A stretch of 64,000 nucleotides of DNA, taken from Octopus vulgaris. Taxonomy: Eukaryota. The stretch covers positions 37,076,001 to 37,140,000 of the forward strand of contig OX597834.1 of assembly GCA_951406725.2 (NCBI GenBank), in the 5' to 3' direction. Each line of letters opens with the position of its first letter. Position 1 is the stretch's first letter. The notes below the pieces were generated by a model. It worked only from the letters and a program-made list of their open reading frames with translations, ran no database searches and was not told the origin of the DNA. Positions 1-13,851 of this stretch are shown one piece after another. A program made the position numbers and the translations under genes.

Positions 1-443
1 TTTAATCAGGTTAATTTACCATTAATCAGCAGATGAAACGGTATATCGTATAAGAAATTACAAGGTAAATGTTTTTTAAATTTTCTCCTGGTTTACGGAA
101 TTAATTTTTATTTGCGGTTGAAGCTTTGGCTGTTATTTCTAGTGGGTGAATGGCCTATTATGGCCGTTCCTTGATTGTTGATGTTGAACTTAAAAATGGT
201 CTATGACTATTTAATTTTTTCCCACTAGGCCGCTGGTGGCAAAAGAATTCTACAAAATTTTTTTTGCCACCCTATATTGATTAATTATGAATTTTCTGGT
301 TAATTCCGTAATGGAATCGACGGCTTATATTTATTTGCTGCCGATAAATTTGGCGCGAGTGCGACGATTTGAAAATTTTAGGTCAGATATAACCTTGGCA
401 AGGTCGGATTTGCCTCGTGAAAATATCTGTTCCGACTTGGGCT

Positions 444-550
444 ATTTCTTACTGAAGAATCTGAGGGCCTTTGGAAGATTGGCTTGATTTAATTTAATCA
501 GGTTAATTTACCATTAATCAGCAGATGAAACGGTATATCGTATAAGAAAT
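444..550 (+). ncRNA. Type I hammerhead ribozyme, array copy 2
   Basis: Helix I ATTTCTTA(444-451)/TAAGAAAT(543-550); core CTGAAGA(452-458); helix II ATCTG(459-463)/CAGAT(522-526); GAAA(527-530); helix III ACGG-TATA-TCGT; cleavage triplet GTA(540-542). Confidence 0.85.
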
Positions 551-935
551 TACAAGGTAAATGTTTTTTAAATTTTCTCCTGGTTTACGGAATTAATTTT
601 TATTTGCGGTTGAAGCTTTGGCTGTTATTTCTAGTGGGTGAATGGCCTATTATGGTCGTTCCTTGATTGTTGATGTTGAACTTAAAAATGGTCTATGACT
701 ATTTAATTTTTTCCCACTAGGCCGCTGGTGGCAAAAGAATTCTACAAAATTTTTTTTGCCACCCTATATTGATTAATTATGAATTTTCTGGTTAATTCCG
801 TAATGGAATCGACGGCTTATATTTATTTGCTGCCGATAAATTTGGCGCGAGTGCGACGATTTGAAAATTTTAGGTCAGATATAACCTTGGCAAGGTCGGA
901 TTTGCCTCGTGAAAATATCTGTTCCGACTTGGGCT

Positions 936-1042
936 ATTTCTTACTGAAGAATCTGAGGGCCTTTGGAAGATTGGCTTGATTTAATTTAATCAGGTTAATT
1001 TACCATTAATCAGCAGATGAAACGGTATATCGTATAAGAAAT
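936..1042 (+). ncRNA. Type I hammerhead ribozyme, array copy 3
   Basis: Same as 444-550 shifted by 492 bp; predicted cleavage after 1034. The 3' half of copy 1 lies at 30-58 (cleavage after 50). Confidence 0.85.
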
Positions 1043-1161
1043 TACAAGGTAAATGTTTTTTAAATTTTCTCCTGGTTTACGGAATTAATTTTTATTTGCG
1101 GTTGAAGCTTTGGCTGTTATTTCTAGTGGGTGAATGGCCTATTATGGCCGTTCCTTGATTG

Positions 1162-1740
<579 letters not shown>

Positions 1741-1823
1741 GACATGAAATGTAAAAGCCAGACTAGATTATTTTATGTGCAACTCCATTGTCTTCCGAGA
1801 CAAAAAGGATGCCAACAACAACA

Positions 1824-1909
<86 letters not shown>

Positions 1910-1928
1910 GTATATATATATATATATA

Positions 1929-1968
<40 letters not shown>

Positions 1969-1984
1969 CGTATATATATATAAG

Positions 1985-2047
<63 letters not shown>

Positions 2048-2649
2048 GCATACATACACGCGCTTATACATACATCTGCACATACACCTCGGTACATATA
2101 AATCATTCAGCGCGTTTTCATGTCGGTCTTTATATTTATAGGCTACACAGGTTTTCCAAAAATAATGATTTAGATGGATGAAACGAAGCAGAACAAAGTA
2201 TAGGTACAGAATCACAACAACAGCAACATGGACAACAACAAAAACAACAACAACAACGAAAATAACAACGAAAATAACAGTAAGAATAAGAACTACAATA
2301 ATAAAGAAAGCAGTTTAGATTGCTCGGCGCTGATGTTCTATGTATTACGAAATTACGTCGATAGGAAAAATTCCTATAAATTAGAGGGTAAAAAGAAAGT
2401 GGGATGGAGAGAGAAGGGAGAAGATAAACAGAGATAGGTAGACAGATAGTGAGAGGGAGAGAAGAGAGGCGAACAGAAAGAAGGGGGAGAAAGGGAATAC
2501 AGGAAGGGAAGCGAAAATAAACAAGAAGATAGATAAAAACCACAGTTGTCCATAGCAACACTAAAGAGGCAATATACTCTCCAAGCAAATCGTTTTTCGT
2601 ACGCATATACATCACAATCTATGCATCTGGAATCCCCTTTTACGTATAT

Positions 2650-3070
2650 TCTTTTATTCCTTTATTCTTTCACTTGTTTCAGTCATTTGACGGCGGCCAT
2701 ACTGGAGCACCGGCTTTAGTCGAATAAATCCGACCTACGACTTATTCGGTTTCAATTCTCGGACCCGGTGTTGTGAGTATTTATTGAGCGAAAACACCTG
2801 AAGCTCCACGAGGCTCCGGCAGGGGATGGTGGCGACCCCTGCTGTACTCTTTCACCACAACTTTCTCTCTCTCTTTCTTCCTGTTTCTGTTGTACCTGTT
2901 TCTGTTGTACTTTGTTCCACTCTGTGTTACGCTCAATCTACCCGAGAACTACGTTAAGAGTACACGTGTCTGTGGAATGCTCAGCCACTTGCATGTTAAT
3001 TTCACGAGCAGGCTGTTCCGTTGATCGGATCAACTGGAACCCTCGTCGTTGCAACCGACGGAGTGCCACG
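2650..3070. mobile_element. SINE family B tail (minus) joined to SINE family C body (plus)
   Basis: 2650-2750 matches the reverse of the tail of 38198-38597; 2750-3070 matches the reverse of 36495-36870. Confidence 0.75.
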
Positions 3071-3544
3071 GATCAGCTATATCATCAGCAAAGCGATGCA
3101 CTTTTCAGACTGTATGATAGCCGATACCGGTAGACGGGCTTTATAAGGGAAACTCCCAAATTAAAACTCAAATGGAATGTGTGTGTTTGTATGTGTATGT
3201 GTGAGTGTGTGAGTGTGTCAATAACCATTAATTTCGTGTGTGCGCCTTCGAGTGTGTCCGCGTGCGCATGTGTGTGCGTGTATGTATGCGTATATTTATA
3301 TACATACGTATGTCAACGTCAGTTGCTAGTTCGCTGCGTATATGTTCGTGCGGTTTGCAATTGCTGCAAAGCTTGATATTACATTTAGTAAAAAGAAAGA
3401 AAAATACTAATTAATTTCTTATTTTCATTCATTCTCTTACATTAATAACTTATATAACGTTCGATTGAATTATATTTATTTATCGATCATCTTGTTCATC
3501 TGTTTTTCTCAGTATTTCAATATATATACATATATATATATATA

Positions 3545-3600
<56 letters not shown>

Positions 3601-3649
3601 CACCGGCATAATGCCCGTCCCATGGTTCTATAGTATACATATGTATATG

Positions 3650-3692
<43 letters not shown>

Positions 3693-3826
3693 ATACATAT
3701 ATATATCTATGTATATATATATATATATACATACAAGTCTATACATATATGTATGTGCGCATGTATATATGTATATATTTATACATGATTCTATCAACAT
3801 ATATACATATATATATGTATATGTAC

Positions 3827-3878
<52 letters not shown>

Positions 3879-3898
3879 GTATATATATATGTACGTAT

Positions 3899-3935
<37 letters not shown>

Positions 3936-4148
3936 CATGTACACCTGCATATAAATATATATATTTATGAATATATATACAAATAGGTGTAAATATATAT
4001 ATATATACATACATACATACATACACACACATACACACACACACACGTGTGAGTTTGTGTGTAGACCGGCGATGCGGTATTGTTGAAAGTTTTGTATTAA
4101 GCACGTTCGTATTTAATATTGCAATGAAATACTTTATCATTGTTCTTG

Positions 4149-4180
<32 letters not shown>

Positions 4181-4347
4181 GGCGATGAGGTTTTGTTGTG
4201 TGAGTTTGGTTAACCGTCTTGTTCATAATTTCGTATTTATTTTAAATGTAGCACTAATCATTTTTGTCTCCGTCCATCAAAATGTATGTTATACATAATT
4301 GCATACATACAGGCACTGAAGCATATATATATATATATTTATATCTA

Positions 4348-4379
<32 letters not shown>

Positions 4380-4528
4380 GATATATATATATATACAGTG
4401 TACATTGTATGAATAATATATAGTCTATTGACTAGGTTTTTCTTCTCGCTAGACCACTGGTAATAAAAAAAAATTTCTAAATTTTTTTGCTACCCTGGAA
4501 TTTATTAATATATATATATGTGTGTTTG

Positions 4529-4559
<31 letters not shown>

Positions 4560-4806
4560 TTTAAGTTATAGTGAAGTGTATATGTATACATTCATACGTA
4601 TGCACACATGCATTTATATATTTATATGTATTTGCTTATATATTCAAGTATGTTCATGCTTTATAAGGTGTATTGAGTTCTCGGCTTTGTTTCTGTAACT
4701 AGCCACATTTACATACATATATATGTGTGTGTGTATGTATGTGCATAAGCATACAGATACATATACATATATATACCTGTATGTATATGCATATATACAT
4801 ACACAC

Positions 4807-4866
<60 letters not shown>

Positions 4867-6216
4867 TTGCATGCCAATAAATAAAAATAATTGAATGAAT
4901 GAAAAGAAGAGAGACGTAAACAAGCAGACAATATCTGTTGACAGGTTGAGATAATCCCGTCTTCGTTTCGTCTCAATGGGGAGCGAACTGAGCTGAACTA
5001 ATTCATCTGCCAGTTAGAGTTTCTGAATAGTTTCTGTCCTACTCACAATCATCTATTGTTGATGCTGTTGTTGCTGTTGCTGTTGTTTCCTTTTTTTGTT
5101 TTCTTCTAACAGTAATTTCAATACCAAACACCCAACGTGTTGGCTTAAAATCTGCAATTTCTTCATTTCTTTCGAATTGAAAGCTGTTGGAGGGAGAATA
5201 ATTAAAAAATGCTGTATTCATGCAACTGTGTTAAGTTAGTCTTTTCTGAACGAGATTAGAAAATATTTGCAGGTAGAGTGTTTGGAGCGTGGCGACACGG
5301 TTAGCTGCTGCTATTGCTAATGATGATGATGATGATGGTAATGATGTTGATGATAATGAAAATAATGAAGAGCCAAATCTGTGACAAGTACACGCGTCCA
5401 TTTTTGAAGATTTCGAGTGACGACTATTTCGATTTTGCCGTGTTGCCGCTATTCATCTCTGAGAATGCTGGATTTCGCCAAGCTGACTTATATCTATAGC
5501 ATTATGCCAACGAGGAAGAATTTATTCGCCAGATTTTCTGGTAATATCAGCTAAATGTGCCTAAAATTGCTGGATACCATTTGGGATTCGTTTCAATCCA
5601 ATTATGCCAGATTCGATCACCATCATTTTTTATTTTCAGTAAGCATGGGTTTTCTGACTCCACGTTACATTTATTTTCTTAAAAATAAACAACATTTTCT
5701 TTCAGCTTGTGACGGCAAAGACAAACTTAAATAGCCCTTGAGTTAGTTTATTCTTGTCGAAATTCTTCGTACTCGGGCAGAAACTCAGTCGAAGCTCCAA
5801 GACAGAGATACTGTCGGGTGAAGGTTTTAGCTTAGATAAATTTATGACAGACTTTTACTCTAGTCTGATGGATTTTCTTGGGTAAGTGGTTTCCAGAGAG
5901 TTACTTTCATTAGATTCCTGACTGCTTTTAAAACATTGAACCGATAGGGTGATAAAAATTGTTCTGAATGTTCATGTTCATGTTCATGTGAGAAGTCATA
6001 ATTCTTAGTCGTCTTTCTTGGAATAATCCATTTCTGGGGTGGGTGGGTGATAGAAAGTGAATGACATTTGTGGTCTTTGTAGGCATTTGAAAAACCTTTA
6101 CTTTCGGGTGACAAATGAATGATATCATCATCACCATCCTCATTGTTATTATTATTATTATTATTATTGTTGTTGTTGTTGTTGTTGATGTTTGTTGTTG
6201 TTGTTGTTATTATTCA

Positions 6217-6420
6217 GCGAGAGAGCAATGCATACCATCAAAGTGACACTGGGGTACAAATATACGAAGCCTAATATACCCAACGTGACAACCCGTCTGA
6301 TAAGGGTACACCAAGAACATGCATCACAAGCATATGAGAGCAACATGGTAATCTCACATCAAGATAAACAGCACATGACCTTGCAGGTGGGGCCCAGTTA
6401 GGTTAGTATTTTCTTCTGGT
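6217..6420. mobile_element. Dispersed repeat family D (related pieces at 7520-7755, 27320-27770, 40965-41135)
   Basis: Shared segments such as atctcacatcaagataaacagcacatgaccttgcagg and ccctctcaacacatggcta occur in both orientations, often next to (ATT)n. Class not determined. Confidence 0.6.
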
Positions 6421-7439
6421 CGAATGGCCACGTTGGACAATATCAAGCCACATATCTTTGAAAAATGGGATGGGTACAACTCGAATGCTTGTTGATCACA
6501 AGTGAATTTGATTAAGCTTCACCACAGGCTAAGCAACAAGAAGAATAACCCAGCTATGTTTAATGTGATCGCTCGATTCGACCTCATTCTTTTCTAAGAG
6601 TTGCTTTTATCTATTGCGTGTTCGAATCTCCTTTCTTTTCAGAGAAATTTTGCCGATACTGGTATTTCTAGAAGCTTCTTCGTTGTGTCAAGGTTCTACA
6701 CATATACGAGTACATAGTAAATGAGCGTTCAGAAACAAGCGAGTCTTAAAAAGGAATCAGGCACAGATTATTTCCAACTCTAAATCATCATAACAGACAA
6801 ACATAAAATCACAAAAGCTTATTTGTTTGTCGGTTGGTTAACATATTTTATTTTTAAATTCTAAATGCAAATTTTAAAATATTCAAATTTCTGCAAGTAC
6901 AACGAATAATTCCATATTTCATTCATAATAATATTTTGCTATTTATTTTATTTTTTAAAATTTTTATTTGTTAAATTTTACTTAGTCTTACTTGACTAGC
7001 AAACAGTCGACTTCCGCTTTCAACAGCGGACATTTTTATCCGACATTAAACTTGGCATTAAACGTGTCCAAAGAGGTATCTTGGTAATATTCCGCACATG
7101 ATTTATAATTCAAAACTTTCTTTGTCTCTTACTTTCAGAGCTTGCTGTTATTCTTCTTATTATTTTTGTTGTTGCTGTTGCTGTCAAAAAGTTCAAATGT
7201 TTCTTTGTTTTCGTTTACATTTTCAAATTTATTTTAATTAACCTGTTTAAATATATATTTTTCAATTTCCAAATTCTTTTGAAAATGTCAACGTTAACTT
7301 AAATCCATGCTTCTTACAATAACAAAGGCAACAACAACAACCAACACAACGAAAATAATAATAAAAATGATAATAATAACAATGATGATAATAATAATAA
7401 TGATGATAATAATAAATGATGATAATAATAATGATGATG

Positions 7440-7514
<75 letters not shown>

Positions 7515-8659
7515 GACGTTATGTGCATCTCTGATCACGAGCAGAAGTAGTGGGGGAGCATCATAGCCATGTGTTGAGAGGAATTCTTTGGGGTTTGAAT
7601 AATTCACCTCTGGAAACATGGGTGGTTCTTTCAACATCCTTAAACAACCCTTATTCAGGGACCTTTTGAGCGGGATGGGCTACTCAACCTGAAGAAAATT
7701 CTAACTGGGCCCCACCTGCAAGGTCATGCGCTGTTTATCTTGATATGAGATCACAAGGCTTGAAATTTTGGGGGTGGAGACGAGTCGATTACATCGACCC
7801 CAGTGTTTCATTGATACTTATTTTATCGACCCCGATAAGATGAAAAGCAAAGTTGAGTTCGGTGGGAACACACATACACTAACGTGCATACATGCAGTCA
7901 TGTATATATATATATGTATATTTGTTTTTATATATGTATGTATATATATGTACGTGAAACGTCCAAGAATGGCAATAGCTCCCTCATAGGTTTCGAAACA
8001 GCTTCCATTTATGAAATTCCACTCACAATACTTCAGCCAAGTCGAGGTTATGGTGGAACCTCATCACCCGAAGTGCCGCGCAATAGTATCGAACGCGATA
8101 TTTCGTGGTGCAAAACGAATATTTTAAACACACAACTAAGGCAACGGCCCATGTTACAGCACCTTACCTCCACATGGAGCCTGTTTACAACTCTGTAGAC
8201 TGAGTGAAAAAAAAAATCAATTAAATGACATGTCTTTGGACACAAATTAGTGCTTTTGCCATGATTCGAAACCTTGATATTTCCACTGAAACACATCTTA
8301 AAACAATTTACGATATGAGACTCTCCATTAGCCTCTACCACAAGTTTCAAATAAAAAAAAAAATATACGTGGTTGCTAAATTTACTAGAAATAGCAACCA
8401 ATTTCCTTCAGGTTGTATATTACAGTCTTAAAAATTGTAAACACGTTGTGATATGTAGTTATAAATTGATAAACAGACGAGGTGGTCACGCTAGAATGCC
8501 TTTGATCGTATGTCTGCTGGACCAGAGCCGACCAGGCTTAAGCAATAACAACAGCAACAACAACAACAACAACAACAACAACATGTTAACAAAAATTATT
8601 CCACCAGACTTCAATAATTCAATTCATGGCATTGCATGTGTTTCTATGTTTCTGTGTGT

Positions 8660-8693
<34 letters not shown>

Positions 8694-8701
8694 TCACACA
8701 C

Positions 8702-8754
<53 letters not shown>

Positions 8755-8939
8755 CATATATACATATATATGTATATATGTATATATAGCATGTGTTTGT
8801 ACTGGTGTGTATATATATATATATATTTGCTTCCCTGTATGTATGCATGTGCGTGTGCGTGCGTGCGTGTGTATGTGTATGTGTGTGTGTGTGTGTATTG
8901 ATATAGTTCTTTTTCCCATTCTCATTGTATTGTTGTTGC

Positions 8940-8975
<36 letters not shown>

Positions 8976-9329
8976 CTGCACATTTGTTTGTCTGTTCACA
9001 TCGCAATGGGGCGACTGTTTTTAATAAAATCAAATTTCACAACAACAACAACAAAAAAAAGAAGAAAAAAAAAAAAAAGAAAAGGCTTTGCAGAAAAATA
9101 ATTATCTTGGAATGTGCATTGGATAGAATTATTGGTAAATTGTAATATTACGGACGGGACACACTTTTTGTTAAAGACAATACCACTGAAGGAACGAAAT
9201 AAGTAAATAAATAAATAAATAAATGAATAAATGAATAAATAATTAAATAAATAAAAAATAAAAAATAAATAAATAATAGTTAAACAAAGATAAAATAAAT
9301 CTGAAAGCTTTCTTATTCTTCTACTTCTT

Positions 9330-9521
9330 TATCATCATCATCATCATCATCATCTCCTCATCTTCTTCTTCTTCTTCTTCTTCTTCTTTTTCTTCTTCTT
9401 CTTCGTCTTCTTCTTTCTCTTCTTCTTCTTCTTCTTCTTCTTCTTCTTTCTCTTCTTCTTCTTCTTCTTCTTCTTCTTTCTCTTCTTCTTCTTTCTCTTC
9501 TTCTTCTTCAGAAATCATCAC

Positions 9522-9610
<89 letters not shown>

Positions 9611-9706
9611 CCATCGTCGTCGTCGTCGTCATCTTTATCATCATCATCATCACCATCATCGTCATCATCACCATCATCATCATCGTCATCGTCATCATCA
9701 TCATCG

Positions 9707-9758
<52 letters not shown>
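9330..9758. repeat. Compound (TTC)n/(ATC)n trinucleotide microsatellite
   Basis: Direct reading; its positional counterpart in the right arm is the (AAG)n tract at ~49150-49460. Confidence 0.95.
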
Positions 9759-10289
9759 TGAAGCCCTTCCACGCGTCCTCGTTCAGGATCTGAATCTTGC
9801 TCACTTATGGAGTTATATGATATCGAACAGCTATTGTCGCCTGCAACAAGACGGATTTAGCTACAGGCCGAATCCATCCGAATGGTAATTCCTCTGCACT
9901 TTCTATGGATAGACACGCAAGTAGTTTCTTCTTTTCTTTTTTTTTTTTTACTTTTCTGTCTGGTGGTTAAAACCCAAATATTTTGCGGTTGTATTCTAAG
10001 ACACACTTTTCTAGGATCCTCCAGCTCCTGTCTTGAGGCCCTAAGGAAACTTATTTAGTTATTTTTACAAAAAAAAAAGAAAGAGGCGAAGGTGGGGGTG
10101 TGGCAAAAATACAGAGCACTGTTACTCTTATTTTCCATTTATCTTGAATATGTTTCAGGAATAAGGAGATATATTTTGTGACAAATCTTTTCCATATTCT
10201 TTTCCTACATATTGAGTGTTTCTCTTTGATTCGCAACGCTAGCTCTAACTTTTATCTTTTGCTTGCTTCCGTTCATTAGATTCTTTTCT

Positions 10290-10860
10290 ACTCTAGGCAC
10301 AAGGCCCGAAGTTTTGTAGGAGGGGGCCAGTCGGTTAGATCGACCCTAGTACGCAACTGGTACTTAATTTATCGATCCAGAAAAAATGAAAGGCAAAGTC
10401 GACCTCGACGGAATTTGAACCCAGAAAGTAGCGGCAGACGAAATACCTATTTCTTTACTACCCACAAGGGGCTAAACACAGAGGGGACGAACAAGGACAG
10501 ACAAACGGATTAAGTCGATTATATCGACCCCAGTGTGTAACTGGTACTTATTTAATCGACCCCGAAAGGCTGAAAGGCAAAGTCGACCACGGCGGAATTT
10601 GAACTCAGAACGTAGCGGCTGACGAAATGCCTATTTCTTTACTACCCACAAAGGGCTAAACACAGAGAGGACAAACAAGGACAGACAAATGGATTAAGTC
10701 CATTTTATCGACCCCAGTGCGTAACTGGTACTTATTCAATCGACCCCGAAAGGATGAAAGGCAAAGTCGCCCTTGGCGGAATTTGAACTCAGAACGTAGC
10801 TGCAGAAGAAATACTGCTAAGCATTTCGCCCGGCGTGCTAACGATTCTGTCAGCTCGACG
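10290..10860 (-). mobile_element. tRNA-derived SINE family A, tandem trimer
   Basis: Three ~179-bp repeats of gaaaggcaaagtcgacctcggcggaatttgaactcagaacgtag. The B-box-like GAGTTCAAATTC is on the minus strand, with a single head at the right end. Confidence 0.85.
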
Positions 10861-11419
10861 TCTCAGTGCGTGTGTTAATAATATTAGCATAATGACTCTC
10901 CCAATGTACAAAACAAAATTGTTTCAGCACACGAATTCACATAAAGAATCTTGCAAACCAAATAGAAAAACGAAGTATATAAATAAATAAATAAATAAAT
11001 AAATAAGGGCGTTAGATAGAAGAAGGAATGGGGACAACAACAAATCACTGAGCTGAAGATCTCAGATGCTGCGACTGCAGATTCCACTGTTACCTCTCTT
11101 TATACCGTCTCACCAGTTGTAGTTCAGAGAACTGAAAGAGCGTAAGCAAGGATCAATTGACTCACCTCATCCCTAGTCCCTCTGTTAGCCAAAGCCATCG
11201 AGGTTGGACATTGAGTACACAAGGGTCCTTTGTAACAATTAATAGTTATTCACTAATCGTCTTGCAGCGATAAAGAGGAGATGAAGCTTAGTGAAAGGCG
11301 GAGGAGATAGAGAAGAGAAGAAAGAAGGGGCAAAAAGAAAGAATGAGGCTAAGCTGAAGACAGCTTAGAGGCTGGAACTCACGCCTGTATCTTTTTTCCA
11401 ATTTCTGAATTGTACGGTA

Positions 11420-11740
11420 AGCGCAGGCTTGGCTGTGTGGGAAGAAGCTTCCGTCCCGATCACATGGCTCCGGGTTCAGTCCCACTGTGTGAAACCTTGG
11501 GCAAAATTTCTTCTACTATATCAGCAGGTCGATCAAAGGTTCGAGTGCAGTTTTGGGAGACGGAAACTGAAAGAAGCTCATCGTGTGTTTGTGTGTTTAC
11601 ACCCCCGTCTATCGGTCTGAAAAGAGCCCGATAGAATAAGTACTAGGCTTACAAAGAGTAGGTTCTGGGGTCGATTTGTTCTACAAAAGGCGCTGCTACA
11701 ACATGGCCGCTGTCAAATGAGTGAAACAAGTAAAAGAATG
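11420..11740 (+). mobile_element. tRNA-derived SINE family B
   Basis: Matches 38198-38597 (ggctgtgtgg...ccgggttcagtcccactg...catggccgc...gaaacaagtaaaaga). Confidence 0.8.
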
Positions 11741-11854
11741 AAAGAACATATGTTCGTCTTACCTTTCGTCTTCTCTATCCTCTCTTCTTTTTCTTCATCT
11801 GCTTCTAGTTCTTCGCCCTAGCTCCATCATCCTTCATTTCTTCCTTCCACGACC

Positions 11855-12330
11855 CTCTTCCTGTTTTCTTTCCGCGTTATTATATCGGATTTCGCATCAT
11901 TCATTACTAAAACCGGAAGTACATGTGTTTATGACAACGATATCCCAATAATCAACAATTCAGAATGAAAGATAGAAAAACTGAAAACGAAAAACGAAAT
12001 TTAATGAGAGAAACAAACAAACAAACAAAAAATAATAACTTTTCAAATTAAAAATAGGGAAACAAAATCCTGATAATGAATCAAGGTTGTTAATTAAATT
12101 TTAATTATTTCCAATAAAAGAAATTGAGTGAATACAATATATCTTCGGTAAATTGTATGGTGTATTTGTATTGTCAGCAATGGTTTCCCTACAATAAATA
12201 AATTGTCAGCACTTGTATGATCACGTGTACTTCACCAATGGTGGTGTGTTTCACTCCACGTCACCACCGCCAAAGACATGGTGTCTCAATTTTGCCGCCC
12301 GAGCCATTACAGTCATCGTCGTGTAATTCA
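11855..12330. promoter_or_regulatory. Arm-conserved non-coding island with transcription-factor-like motifs
   Basis: Near-identical to the reverse of 48345-48825. ACCGGAAGT (ETS-like), CACGTG (E-box) and CCAAT are present in both copies. Function is inferred only. Confidence 0.3.
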
Positions 12331-12361
12331 TTAACATCATCATCATCATCATTATCATTAA

Positions 12362-12400
<39 letters not shown>

Positions 12401-12935
12401 TAAATTTGTTTCTGTTCATGGTGACAGTCTTCAGACTATGAGAATACAGCTGATAGTGGTAGTGATGGCGGCGGCGGCGGCAGCGGCAACAGCGACGGCG
12501 TAGATGGGGTTGGGGAAGGCGGTGCAGGGGAATGTGGTAGAGGGGGAGGTGGTGGAGGGAAAAGGTGGTGGTGGTGGTCGGGAGAGCGGTTATAGTGATG
12601 GTGAATTCGGTGATGATAGTGGTTGTCATGTTCACAGTAACTGCAGTGAAAATGATGATGATGATGATGATGATGATGAAGAGGATGATGAAGAGGATGA
12701 GGAGGATGAGGATGATGACGATCATGATGATGATGTTGATCAGAAAGACAATGATGACAAGAACGACACCGGTGATGATGTTGATGATGATGATGATGAC
12801 GACCAAGGTGATGATGAGGAGTGGGAGGAGGAAGACGACGATAACGATGAAGATGACAACGACGATGAAAATGATGATGATGATGATGATGATTGAGATA
12901 AGTAAAGAGAGGGAGATAGAGAGAGATAGAGATAG

Positions 12936-13003
<68 letters not shown>

Positions 13004-13154
13004 TGAGAAAGTCAATGAAGAGAGAAGACGAAATAACGTTCGGTTCAAACGGACCAGGTGGACGTAGCAAGGGAAAGAAAAAGAGAGATTGAGGATACAG
13101 GTGGGAATAAGCGCCTGACCAGGTATGACAACACATATACAAGCACACGTGCGT

Positions 13155-13186
<32 letters not shown>

Positions 13187-13785
13187 TGCACACATACATG
13201 CACATTCACAAACACACATTGTTCCTGGAAACGCAAATGATTTCAATAAATCAAAAAAAAAATCTACCTTTTTTGTTATTTAATAAACACGTATGCATTT
13301 CGTTGCTCCTAATTTTTAGGCCATAAATTCTACTTCTTTTTTTCTTTGCGTATCTCGTTCTGCTGGAGATAAACCATGACAAGTAATGCAATGATGATGC
13401 CTATTCAAGCAGACACGCGTGTCCATAGCTGTCCACTATGTTCCAGATTATCAGTCTATTCTTTAAGGGTGAGACAGTCTGAGAGACGTTTTTGAATCTT
13501 GAGATTATCGCCCTTTCGCACTTGGCCCTTATCTCAAATTCCACCAGGCGATCGATCTACCTTCTCTAAAGACAGATATGTTCTACAAACAAATCAAGTA
13601 TATCTTCTCTGGCATTCCACATGCACTATTCCGACCATACACGCACACACACACACACGAACACACGTACATACACACACATACACGCATGTGTACATAT
13701 ATCTATGCAGGTTAAATATATATATATATATATATATATATGAATATATAAATACCATATATGTATGTACATGTATATACATATT

Positions 13786-13851
<66 letters not shown>

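Larger units (their letters stand above)
1..1161 (+). repeat. 492-bp tandem array (about 2.4 units visible, continues beyond window start); candidate non-LTR retrozyme
   Basis: Sequence at 1 recurs at 493 and 985. The only difference I noticed is C164/T656/C1148. The array ends at a long (TA)n, and each unit contains a hammerhead motif. Confidence 0.9.

Noticed and set aside
287-487. 66-aa ORF repeated at 779-979
   Set aside because: Its identity merely reflects the tandem repeat; it has no recognisable domain and overlaps the ribozyme. Not excluded as a circRNA ORF, but unsupported.
10290-10860. Regularly spaced repeats superficially like a CRISPR array
   Set aside because: Whole units repeat with no unique spacers; these are eukaryotic SINE multimers.
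12398-12440. Minus-strand CTGAAGA...GAAA motif
   Set aside because: No helix III or helix I complementarity.
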